Below, piece by piece: positions 1 through 8,418 of a DNA stretch of 58,971 nucleotides. Every line of letters begins with the position of its first letter. Within the stretch, counting starts at the first letter, position 1. Source of the stretch: an uncultured Gammaproteobacteria bacterium (GTDB lineage Bacteria > Pseudomonadota > Gammaproteobacteria > GCA-001735895). The notes under the pieces were generated by a model. That model searched no databases and had not been told where the DNA came from. It worked only from the letters and a program-made list of their open reading frames with translations. The position numbers and the translations under genes are program-made. The DNA lies in NCBI GenBank assembly GCA_947259305.1, contig CAMYML010000018.1, positions 1 through 58,971 of the forward strand, read 5' to 3'.

Positions 1-543
1 CTCGCCGGCGCTGCAATCGATATCGTCGCCCGGCGCCGTGGTATTGTCTTCGCAGAGGAACAGGTCGGGGATCACGAGCGCCATACCCTCGGTTCGGATT
101 CCATTAGGCGTCACCAGGATTTTATCCGCCCCACCGTTATCAATATTGGAGACCGCGTATCCGTAACCAGAATCCCAGGGATCGACAAGTTGGCCGGTAG
201 CGTCGTAATCGCCATTGATACCGAGGGTTCTGCCCGGGAGAAAACCAAAGAAGGCCTCGCAATCGTTGGTTCCCACTCGATCCTCAGCGCCATCGATGGT
301 ATTGACAGGTGCCACAGCATCCGTGCTGGTATCCGGGCAAGGCAGGCGGCCGTTGACCTGGGCAAAGGCGATCAGATGCTCGATGATTTTATCCATTTCC
401 CGGTCGACCTGGCGGTATTTCTTCAAATCCTGCTGGATCGGGAACATGGCTACCGTGTAGCCAAGCAGGATGGTCACGATCAATAGTACGATCGCAATTT
501 CGACCAGCGTAAAACCTTTACTATTGTGATTCGAACTATTCAT
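1..543 (-). CDS. Prepilin-type (type IV pilin-like) protein; the 3' end runs off the window
   Basis: Absent from the ORF track because it has no stop inside the window. Minus-strand ATG at 543-541; I checked triplet by triplet that the frame stays open to base 1 (181 codons). The N-terminus MNSSNHNSKGFTLVEIAIVLLIVTILLG is a class III signal (G|FTLVE, Glu+5) followed by a hydrophobic helix. It shares the NGRLPCPD motif with the upstream 757-aa protein. Confidence 0.75.
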   Translation of the reverse strand, partial: MNSSNHNSKGFTLVEIAIVLLIVTILLGYTVAMFPIQQDLKKYRQVDREMDKIIEHLIAFAQVNGRLPCPDTSTDAVAPVNTIDGAEDRVGTNDCEAFFGFLPGRTLGINGDYDATGQLVDPWDSGYGYAVSNIDNGGADKILVTPNGIRTEGMALVIPDLFLCEDNTTAPGDDIDCSAGE

Positions 544-572
544 ATTTGTTCGCTCATCGTTGAAGCCTCGCG

Positions 573-2846
573 TCAGTTTACAACGAACACCGTATCCGCA
601 CGGTTGCCGGGAACCGTTTCTTCGCGCTTGTCGAAAATCCGTGGCAGCAAACTATCCGAGGCGGGCGTCGGGTCGTTGTTCGGCACCGGGTGGGGCCACA
701 GCCCGGAATAGTTTTCCGGTTCGAAAACGTCTTGCAAATCGTTAGAAAAGTCGCTGTCCGGCAGATCTTCGTTGGCATCCAGATAGTCGCCGTCGATATT
801 GAGATCGTCGCCATCAAGCAAATCGTGTTCGCCCGCGAGGATCAACAGGGCATTGAAATTGTTATTGGTGCCTGACTGGTTGCTGACCACCAGGCAATCG
901 TCCGCTACCGGGTTCGCAAAATCCAGATCTGCCGTACATGCGCCATCTCCGCCGGGAGCAAAATCGGGCATGTAAGACATCATGATCGTCTCGTCCCAGC
1001 GGTTATCGCTAACCCAGCGCGGCAGTGGCGGATACCAGTCGACGGTGATTACGAGAGGATCCTGGTAACTAGAGGTAACATCCAGTTGCAGGTCTACCGT
1101 ACACAGTATAGTACCGGCGTCTTCGTTGCCGAGAGAATAGAGGTTCAGGCCGCCGCCGACAAAATTATCCTGGTCGCACAGCGAGACCTTGATATCAAAG
1201 AAGTTGCGCGTATCGGGCTCGGCCGGATCGACTATGGGCAGCATCGTTACCTCAGTTTCGCCAAAGGTAAACTGGCGACGCGAATGATTCGCGGCCGTGG
1301 GCAGCGTCGGCGCGTTCACGCCGGGCGCGGGCGCATAGTCAAGCTCTATCACGAAATCGGGATCAATATACTGGAATTCGATCATTCTCACCGCGATATC
1401 CGCGTGATCGTTCCAGTCCGAGAAGGATTCAAACCCATAGGGTGAAACATCATCCTTTGCACAGTCCTCGGGGTTCTGGCCTCCATTGTCGCAAAGCTCC
1501 CAACCGTCCGCGGCTTCGAAACAAGTCGGGCAGCCGTCCCAGAAATAGCGTCTTGCCGTATTGCTGGGATAGGTCGTAGCGGTAATCGCGGATGTGCCGC
1601 TATCCTGAACGATCAGGGTGCCGATATTATCGGTAGACACGTCAGCCACACCGTCGAAAGAAGTCCTGGAAAACGAAACGCGTGCATTCGAAATGTTAAC
1701 GGTCTGGTCGCCATCAGGATAGTCTGAGACGACATCGCTGGCCGCGGCGATATAGGTCGGATCGAAGGGGTCCAGGTTATCGACCATCGAATTGTAGGAC
1801 GTATCGAGATCGTAGGATATCTCCAGGTCGCTAACGATGACTGAATGCGGCGAATTGTCATCGACGAAATAGTCGATAAACGGTACTCGACCCGAGGTTT
1901 CGCCTAGCCGCGCATTGTAAATATCGAGGTCAGTGGTATCACCATAGGCGCTGAGCCAGGGGTAACGATAAAGCGGGTTTGGCGGCGGCCCCCACAAGGT
2001 TTCCTGGTAGGCGACGATCGCGTCCCGATAGGTCTCGAGCACTGCTTTTTCAGCCATGGCGATGACTTCATCGGCAGTGACAATGATCATCTGATCGTTA
2101 ACCACGAACTCGCTTGCATCAGGATCGTATATCGGGCCCAGGATAAAGCTGTCATCGTTGGAATCAGGCACGCCATTGGTGAATACGCTGTTGTCAAACT
2201 CGTTATTGGCGCCCGCGCCCTGCACGAACAGGGTATCCAGATAATTTCTTGGCAACAATCGTTGCGGTGCCGTAGCCCGGACCTGGACATACTCGTAGAC
2301 GCCGTCGTTGTTTGCATCGCGTCTTGTTACCGGCCCCGGCGCAATAATAATAGCCGCAATGCCTGCACCGTCACCGTCATAGAGAATACCGCCTGACTGG
2401 TCTAACACGGTGATGGTGCCGGTCGTGTCTGAATTGATAACGCCGCCACCGGCAACATTGTCGAAAGCATCCGATACCGCGTACCAAAGCCTTTCTCCCG
2501 ATGCATCCAGCGTTTCCTGAATATTAAGGCGCGCATCGGCCCAGGGGAAGCGACCGACCTGATTACAGGTTCCCGCACCATCGACGGTACCATCGTTGTC
2601 AACGTCAGGACAGGGCAGCCGCCCTGGTCCGCCACCGGTTGAAACTGGATAATTGTAGGCAAACATCAGCAGTGCCTGCTTGGCCTGTTGCAGAACGCGC
2701 TGATTATGTTCGTAACGCTGTTTTTCGACATCCTGCCTGGCCTGCTGGGTGAATCCGCTGAGAACCACGCCGCCGAGCCCCATCAACCCGAGCACAACTA
2801 GTATCAGTGCATAACCGGCCTGTTGTCTGACGCGGGGGGTCTGCAT
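573..2846 (-). CDS. Large pilus-associated protein with a PilX_N/MshP-like N-terminal anchor and Asp-rich Ca-binding-like loops (putative tip adhesin or cargo)
   Basis: 757-aa ORF. The N-terminal anchor RQQAGYALILVVLGLMGLGG resembles PilX/MshP-type minor pilins and has no Glu+5. DxDxDG-like loops are present: GRLPCPDVDNDGTVDG, RRDANNDGVYEY and DGDDLNIDGDYLDANED. It ends 29 nt upstream of the pilin-like gene. Confidence 0.55.
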   Translation of the reverse strand: MQTPRVRQQAGYALILVVLGLMGLGGVVLSGFTQQARQDVEKQRYEHNQRVLQQAKQALLMFAYNYPVSTGGGPGRLPCPDVDNDGTVDGAGTCNQVGRFPWADARLNIQETLDASGERLWYAVSDAFDNVAGGGVINSDTTGTITVLDQSGGILYDGDGAGIAAIIIAPGPVTRRDANNDGVYEYVQVRATAPQRLLPRNYLDTLFVQGAGANNEFDNSVFTNGVPDSNDDSFILGPIYDPDASEFVVNDQMIIVTADEVIAMAEKAVLETYRDAIVAYQETLWGPPPNPLYRYPWLSAYGDTTDLDIYNARLGETSGRVPFIDYFVDDNSPHSVIVSDLEISYDLDTSYNSMVDNLDPFDPTYIAAASDVVSDYPDGDQTVNISNARVSFSRTSFDGVADVSTDNIGTLIVQDSGTSAITATTYPSNTARRYFWDGCPTCFEAADGWELCDNGGQNPEDCAKDDVSPYGFESFSDWNDHADIAVRMIEFQYIDPDFVIELDYAPAPGVNAPTLPTAANHSRRQFTFGETEVTMLPIVDPAEPDTRNFFDIKVSLCDQDNFVGGGLNLYSLGNEDAGTILCTVDLQLDVTSSYQDPLVITVDWYPPLPRWVSDNRWDETIMMSYMPDFAPGGDGACTADLDFANPVADDCLVVSNQSGTNNNFNALLILAGEHDLLDGDDLNIDGDYLDANEDLPDSDFSNDLQDVFEPENYSGLWPHPVPNNDPTPASDSLLPRIFDKREETVPGNRADTVFVVN

Positions 2847-2848
2847 GA

Positions 2849-3313
2849 CTAGTTTTCGATGTTGACCAGGTAGGTAACTTCGAGCGTCTGGCCGCTGGTG
2901 GCGTAATACTGCTTGCCATCCGGCGCGGTGATTCTGACCCTGACGTCATCCCCCGCCAGCACCTTGAGCCGGCTGCTGTCTTCGAGCTGCTCGCCGTCTT
3001 CGTACATGATCGAATTTATCCATACCGAGTGCGGTCCATCGCGCGACAGGGTAATGCCAGAAATCACGTATTGCTGCATCACCTCTTCCTGCGCCAGCGG
3101 CTGACTCGGCAATTCGATGACCGCTTCAACCGGCTCCGCCAGCTCGACCAGTTTGGGCTTATCGCCCTTGTAGCGGTTGGAGTTTATGATCTGTCGCTCC
3201 TGCGGCGTAGTGAACAGCGTCGACAGGCCTGCCGCCATCAGCGGCTGGTGTTGCCCGATAAACAGGGTAACCATGAGCAGGGCCAGCCAGGTTTTTTGTC
3301 GATTACTTGGCAT
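2849..3313 (-). CDS. PilP/MshK-like periplasmic assembly component
   Basis: 154 aa with an N-terminal signal-like helix (WLALLMVTLFIGQHQPLMAA). It is small and sits after the PilO-like gene. It overlaps the upstream gene by 11 nt and lies 2 nt from the 757-aa gene. Confidence 0.4.
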   Translation of the reverse strand: MPSNRQKTWLALLMVTLFIGQHQPLMAAGLSTLFTTPQERQIINSNRYKGDKPKLVELAEPVEAVIELPSQPLAQEEVMQQYVISGITLSRDGPHSVWINSIMYEDGEQLEDSSRLKVLAGDDVRVRITAPDGKQYYATSGQTLEVTYLVNIEN

Positions 3314-3899
3314 CGATTGTCACCCAGCGTAGCGTGCATGTTGTAGTGAGGTTGGCCTTCTGGGTATCGAGCGAGCTGCTGACTGGAGAGGACCGGGTAA
3401 TCAAGCAGCTGTCAACCGTGAACAGGTTCCTGATCGACAGGCGCAAACCTTCCAGCAGGGCGAACAGGTCTTCCTCGTGCAGCATTCCCATCGACAGGTC
3501 CATCGGCGAACTGTTGACCTCGACCCCACGCTTGACCTTGAAATTCGGACGCTCGAATTTCTCCTGCGGATTCAGATCATAGGTCAGCCTCGGCAAGCGT
3601 AACACCTGGTTGGTGGATTCAAGGCTTTCAATCCAGCTCAGGCGCCGCTCCTTGCCGACCAGCCCGGAAGATTTGTAGTCGCTGTAGAGGGTGCGATACT
3701 GGTCCAGCAGATCGATATCGTTGACCATGTTGCTGTAAATCTTGTGCGTCGAACGCAGCGTGGCCACCGCTTTCTCGTATTCTTCGTTTTGCATCTTTTC
3801 CCACTGGAAGCTGGCAAGTATCAGCAGCACGAAGATCAGAACCGAACCCAACAACATGCTGATGGGCCGTTTCAGGTAAAACCAGTCGATCCTATTCAC
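3303..3899 (-). CDS. PilO/MshJ/GspM-like bitopic inner-membrane component
   Basis: 198 aa with a single N-terminal TM helix (ISMLLGSVLIFVLLILASF), then a coiled-coil-like stretch and a C-terminal domain. It overlaps the PilMN-like gene by 8 nt. Confidence 0.4.
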   Translation of the reverse strand: MNRIDWFYLKRPISMLLGSVLIFVLLILASFQWEKMQNEEYEKAVATLRSTHKIYSNMVNDIDLLDQYRTLYSDYKSSGLVGKERRLSWIESLESTNQVLRLPRLTYDLNPQEKFERPNFKVKRGVEVNSSPMDLSMGMLHEEDLFALLEGLRLSIRNLFTVDSCLITRSSPVSSSLDTQKANLTTTCTLRWVTIDAK

Positions 3900-5493
3900 C
3901 CCTGGGTACCTCCCTGACGACCCGAAACGCCAGTTCTGCCTTCTCTTTAATGTTCCTTTTTATATTACTGGCGTCGCCGCTTAGCCGGTTATCCGACTCG
4001 ATATCCAGCGGGCGCCTGGTGATTTCCACCGAGAAGTACTTGCCCGACTCGTTCATCGTCTTTTCCAGATCGTCCACCGCGCTTAGCGCATAGCGATAAT
4101 TGCCATCGAAATTCAGGAACTCGCCTTCCACCTGGGCGATTTCGAAATAACCCTTTTTCGGCTTGGGCGCGTTCCTGTCCCTGTTTTTGTCGGTCGCCCG
4201 CCGGCGCTTTTTCGGCTTGCCCCACTGCACGTCGGAAGCCGACCCGACATCTGAATAGTTGGCGACAAACCAGTCGACCTTCTTGACGCGGATATCGGAA
4301 AAAATACTGACGTCGCTGCTGATCATCGCCAGCATCTCTTCCGGATCACGCAGGTACTGCTTCTGCAGCGTCTCTACCGTTTGCACGATATGCTGCATAT
4401 TCGTGGTCGAGGTCGTCGAGTCGATATGGTTTTCACTGAGTTGGTTGTACTTGGCCTTGTACTTTTGCTCGATCAGCCTGGTCTCTTCGATAGTGCTATT
4501 GTAAAGCAGGCCCTTGACGCCGCTGGTCATTGCGATGCCAATCCCCAGGGCGACCAGCGCGATGCTGGCGGCGCGCAACCCCAGGCCGGCGCGATGGTGC
4601 ATGAAGTAACGCCGCTCTTTGGGCTGGGCGTAATGATTGGCGGAAATTTTCTTGCTCGCGAGGTAACAAAAAAGCCCGGAGCTGAAATCCTGCTCATCGC
4701 TGACATCGATTTTCTCGCGCGCCAGCAGTTCATTGATTTCGTGTATCGTAAAATCGAAGTAACTTTCCTTTTCACTACGCATCAACAGCTTGTCGAAATG
4801 GCGCTTGTTGGTCAGGATATGCACCGCCACGGTTTCCGAGCGCTCGACGATACGCTGGCTGATCAGGTAACGCTGGGTCGACTCGATGTCACGCAACACG
4901 TCCGAGGCATAATCGCCCTGGTAGAAACTCGCGATCGGGACCAGCCGGCTGAGGATCAACTTGCCGTCGATGAACACCGACTGTCGCAGGTTGCTCGGCA
5001 CCTGCTGACTTACCAGGATGACCGCCCGTTGTTCCGACTTGAGTTCCTTGACATGGCTTTCGGAAACCAGCGGCAGGCTCAGAATTCCGGACAGGGGTGT
5101 GCGCGTATCCTCGACTATCTTGAGCCAGGGTTCGAGCAGGTACTGGTTGGTGAGGCCCATGATCAGCACCTTCTCTTCCTTGCGCGTTCCCTTTTCCTTC
5201 GATTGCGAAATTGAAAACCTGTACTCCGAGGTACGGAAATACTTGGCGTAGTTGCGCTTGAGAATCGCCTGTCGATCCGAACCCCGCAGCAGCGGGATGC
5301 GAATCTGGCGAAATTCTTCCTCGATCAGGTCGACCAGCAAGCGCACCGGTTCGTTGCGAAACGAACGCAGGTAGGCTGCGAATAAATCCAGCCCCTGGTC
5401 ATCGGGTTCGAAGTAAACGCTGCTCAACAGCTTACGGCCGGACCATTCCTGTGCGACCATTCTGTAACCGGTGAAATATAGGATTCTTCTCAT
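3892..5493 (-). CDS. PilM-PilN / MshI / GspL-like bitopic assembly protein
   Basis: 533 aa: a ~300-aa cytoplasmic part, one TM helix (LRAASIALVALGIGIAMTSGV), and a ~200-aa periplasmic part. It lies directly downstream of the GspF-like gene. The function call rests on architecture and context only. Confidence 0.5.
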   Translation of the reverse strand: MRRILYFTGYRMVAQEWSGRKLLSSVYFEPDDQGLDLFAAYLRSFRNEPVRLLVDLIEEEFRQIRIPLLRGSDRQAILKRNYAKYFRTSEYRFSISQSKEKGTRKEEKVLIMGLTNQYLLEPWLKIVEDTRTPLSGILSLPLVSESHVKELKSEQRAVILVSQQVPSNLRQSVFIDGKLILSRLVPIASFYQGDYASDVLRDIESTQRYLISQRIVERSETVAVHILTNKRHFDKLLMRSEKESYFDFTIHEINELLAREKIDVSDEQDFSSGLFCYLASKKISANHYAQPKERRYFMHHRAGLGLRAASIALVALGIGIAMTSGVKGLLYNSTIEETRLIEQKYKAKYNQLSENHIDSTTSTTNMQHIVQTVETLQKQYLRDPEEMLAMISSDVSIFSDIRVKKVDWFVANYSDVGSASDVQWGKPKKRRRATDKNRDRNAPKPKKGYFEIAQVEGEFLNFDGNYRYALSAVDDLEKTMNESGKYFSVEITRRPLDIESDNRLSGDASNIKRNIKEKAELAFRVVREVPRGE

Positions 5494-5503
5494 GACTCTG
5501 CCG

Positions 5504-6709
5504 CTAAAAATCGATCGTGGCGATGGTGTCGTAAATCGGGCCCAGCACGGACAGCGCCAGCCACAAAACGATAATACCGATGGTCGCCATTAGCGATGTC
5601 TGTAAAACAGGCTCCATTTTCTCGATACTGTCGTTGATGTCGCGATCGAAAAAATAGCTCACGTTATCCAGCGATTTGTCCATTTGACCACTGGCTTCGC
5701 CGACGCGCAGCATGCGTACGACCAGCGGTGGGAAAATCCCGATATTCTTGAACGCTTCGCTGATACTGCTGCCTTCTGAAATTTGCTGCCAGGCGCGATC
5801 GATGCCGTCTTCGAGCACGGCGTTGCTGAGCACGCCCTTGCTCAGGTTGATCGCGTCGAGCACGGTGATGCCGGAAGCAAACATCAGCGAAAAGTATCGC
5901 GTGAAACGCGAAATCTTGATCTTTTCATTGACATGACCAATGATCGGCAGTTTCAGCATTATGCCGTCAAGCCTGAAACGCGCCTTATTGCTGCTGTTAT
6001 AGTAAAACCTGAGGCCAAAGAATATAGCGAACGGTGCTGCAATGACCACGTACCAGTAGTTGACGAGAAAATTCGAGGTCGCCATCAAGGCCCGCGTTTC
6101 GAACGGTATTTTACCGCCGAGCCCGACGATTGCATCCATGATGTCCGGCACCACGAAAACCATCAAGAACATGACCACCGACAATACCAGGCTGCCGATG
6201 ACCGCGGGGTAGGTCATGATCTTGCGCGCCTTGGACATCAGTTCGTCCTGCCATTTCAGGGTTTCGGTAATATCGACCAGCACGTGGCTCATGCGGCCGC
6301 TGCGCTCACCGACCCGGATCAGGCTGGTGAAGACATCGTCAAAAATTTTGGGATAAAGCGCGAGCGCCTGCGAGAATGAGTTGCCGCCCTCGATCGCTTC
6401 GATCAGACCGGTAATGATATCGCGAAAGGTCGGGTTTTCCTCGCCGTCCCTGAGATCGGCCAGGCCCTCGAGAATCGGCACGCCGGCGCGCGTCAGCTGT
6501 TCGAGGTAAAACGAGAAATTGATCAGGTCGCGCCGACCGATCTTGTTGCGGCCGAACAGGTCGGAGCCGGGATCCTTCTGCTTGAAGGTGACCAGGTCCA
6601 TGTCCATTTTCTCGAGCCGTAGCTCGAGGTCGTTGATATTACCGGCATCGAGGCTACCCGAGATAAACTTGCCGCTGGCATCGATGGCCTTGTACTGAAA
6701 CAGTGGCAT
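5504..6709 (-). CDS. GspF/PilC/MshG-family inner-membrane platform protein
   Basis: 401 aa. It has the duplicated T2SS-F-type organisation and hydrophobic segments, and it visibly resembles the mshG product in this window (LxxAGxPIxxxL blocks; C-terminal LGPIYD versus VPMWD). Confidence 0.9.
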   Translation of the reverse strand: MPLFQYKAIDASGKFISGSLDAGNINDLELRLEKMDMDLVTFKQKDPGSDLFGRNKIGRRDLINFSFYLEQLTRAGVPILEGLADLRDGEENPTFRDIITGLIEAIEGGNSFSQALALYPKIFDDVFTSLIRVGERSGRMSHVLVDITETLKWQDELMSKARKIMTYPAVIGSLVLSVVMFLMVFVVPDIMDAIVGLGGKIPFETRALMATSNFLVNYWYVVIAAPFAIFFGLRFYYNSSNKARFRLDGIMLKLPIIGHVNEKIKISRFTRYFSLMFASGITVLDAINLSKGVLSNAVLEDGIDRAWQQISEGSSISEAFKNIGIFPPLVVRMLRVGEASGQMDKSLDNVSYFFDRDINDSIEKMEPVLQTSLMATIGIIVLWLALSVLGPIYDTIATIDF

Positions 6710-6711
6710 GG

Positions 6712-8418
6712 CTAGCCCATCCGCTCGGTCAGGTCGGCAACGCGCGCGACCTCTTTGATCGAGGTAACGCCTTCGATGATATGACGCACGCCATCATCGG
6801 CCAGGGTAAAGAATCCCTGCTTGTAAGCCGCTTCCTTGATTTCCTTGGTGGTGGCGCCATGCGCCAGCAAGTCGTCGAGGTCCGAGTTCATTTTCAGAAT
6901 TTCGAGCAGCGCCATACGCCCCTTGTAACCGGTGTTATCGCAGCTGGTGCAACCCTTGGCCTTGTAAATTTTTTCCGGCACCAGGCTACGGTCGTTGCTG
7001 AGCAGGCGCAATTCTTCCTCGGTCGGGGCATAGGCCGTCTTGCAGAATTTGCAGAGCTTGCGGATCAGGCGCTGGGCGACCACGCCGATAATATTGCCAG
7101 CCATGATTTCGGGAATGATGCCGATATCACGCAAGCGCGGCAGCGCGCCAATCGCCGAGTTGGTATGCAGCGTCGAATATACCTGGTGACCGGTCATCGC
7201 GGCGCGGAAAGCCATTTCCGCGGTTTCTTCGTCGCGCACCTCGCCGACCAGGATGACATCCGGGTCCTGGCGCATCAGCGACTTGATGCCGCTGGCGAAG
7301 TCCATGCCCGCGGCTTCGTTAACCGAAGTCTGACGAATCAACGGGAACGGATACTCGACCGGGTCTTCCAGCGTCATGACGTTGATCTGTTCGCTGCTGA
7401 GATAGTTCAGCAAGGAGTAAAGCGTAGTGGTTTTACCGCTGCCGGTCGGGCCGGTGACGAGAATGATACCTTCAGGCCGCGACATCATGATCTTCAGGGT
7501 ACGCAGCGACTCGGCGGGTAATTCCAGCTTTTCCAGCGGAATAACGCCCTTCTCGCGGTCGAGTACCCGCAGCACGATATTCTCGCCGTGGATGGTCGGT
7601 TGCGAGGCGACACGAAAATCGATCTGGCGGCCGACGATGGTGCGCGAAATACGTCCATCCTGAGGGGAGCGGGTTTCGGCGATGTTCATGTCCGCCATAA
7701 CCTTGAGGCGCACCGCGATCGCCGACCAGTAGGTTTTGTGCAGGCTGCGAATCTGGCGCAATACACCGTCGATACGATAGCGAATGCGCAGAAAGCTTTC
7801 TTCGGGTTCGAAGTGCAGATCCGATGCGCCGCGTTTGACCGCGTCGGACAGCATGACATCGACCAGGCGCACCAGCGGCTGGCTGTACTCCTCGATGTCG
7901 CCCTGGTAATTGGTATAGTCGGCTTCACCGGTCTCGATTTCGCGCAGAATGCCGTCGATGGACAGCTCGTAACCGTAAAACTGGTCGATCGCGTTGGATA
8001 TTTCGGCTTCGCCGGCAAGCACCGGGATCAACTCGATATGCTGGCCGATCTGGATCCGGATCCGGTCCAGCGTAAACAGGTTGAAGGTGTCCGACATCGC
8101 AATCGTCAGCGTGCTGCGAATTGGATCGTAATTCAGCGGGATAATCTTGTGTTTGCGCGCGGTATCCGAGTTGATCATCTTGATCGCATCTGGATCGGGA
8201 ACCACGCGCGACAGGTCGACGCTATCCTGCTCCAGCGCTTCGCCCAGTGCCGAACGCATGATCGCCTCGGTCGCGAAACCGAGGTTGACCAGCAGTTTAC
8301 CGAGCGGTTCATGAATCTTTTTCTGTTCGGTCAGGGCGATGTCCAGCTGATCCTTGGTGATGACACCTTCGTCGATCAGAATTTCGCCGAGCCGCTTGGG
8401 TTTATTTTCCGCGTTCAT
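6712..8418 (-). CDS. GspE/PilB/MshE-family assembly ATPase with an N-terminal MshEN-type motif
   Basis: 568 aa. Walker A is VTGPTGSGKTTTLYS. A tetracysteine CKFCK...CTSCDNTGYKGR is present. The N-terminus RLGEILIDEGVITKDQLDIALTEQ matches the MshEN consensus. Confidence 0.92.
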   Translation of the reverse strand: MNAENKPKRLGEILIDEGVITKDQLDIALTEQKKIHEPLGKLLVNLGFATEAIMRSALGEALEQDSVDLSRVVPDPDAIKMINSDTARKHKIIPLNYDPIRSTLTIAMSDTFNLFTLDRIRIQIGQHIELIPVLAGEAEISNAIDQFYGYELSIDGILREIETGEADYTNYQGDIEEYSQPLVRLVDVMLSDAVKRGASDLHFEPEESFLRIRYRIDGVLRQIRSLHKTYWSAIAVRLKVMADMNIAETRSPQDGRISRTIVGRQIDFRVASQPTIHGENIVLRVLDREKGVIPLEKLELPAESLRTLKIMMSRPEGIILVTGPTGSGKTTTLYSLLNYLSSEQINVMTLEDPVEYPFPLIRQTSVNEAAGMDFASGIKSLMRQDPDVILVGEVRDEETAEMAFRAAMTGHQVYSTLHTNSAIGALPRLRDIGIIPEIMAGNIIGVVAQRLIRKLCKFCKTAYAPTEEELRLLSNDRSLVPEKIYKAKGCTSCDNTGYKGRMALLEILKMNSDLDDLLAHGATTKEIKEAAYKQGFFTLADDGVRHIIEGVTSIKEVARVADLTERMG

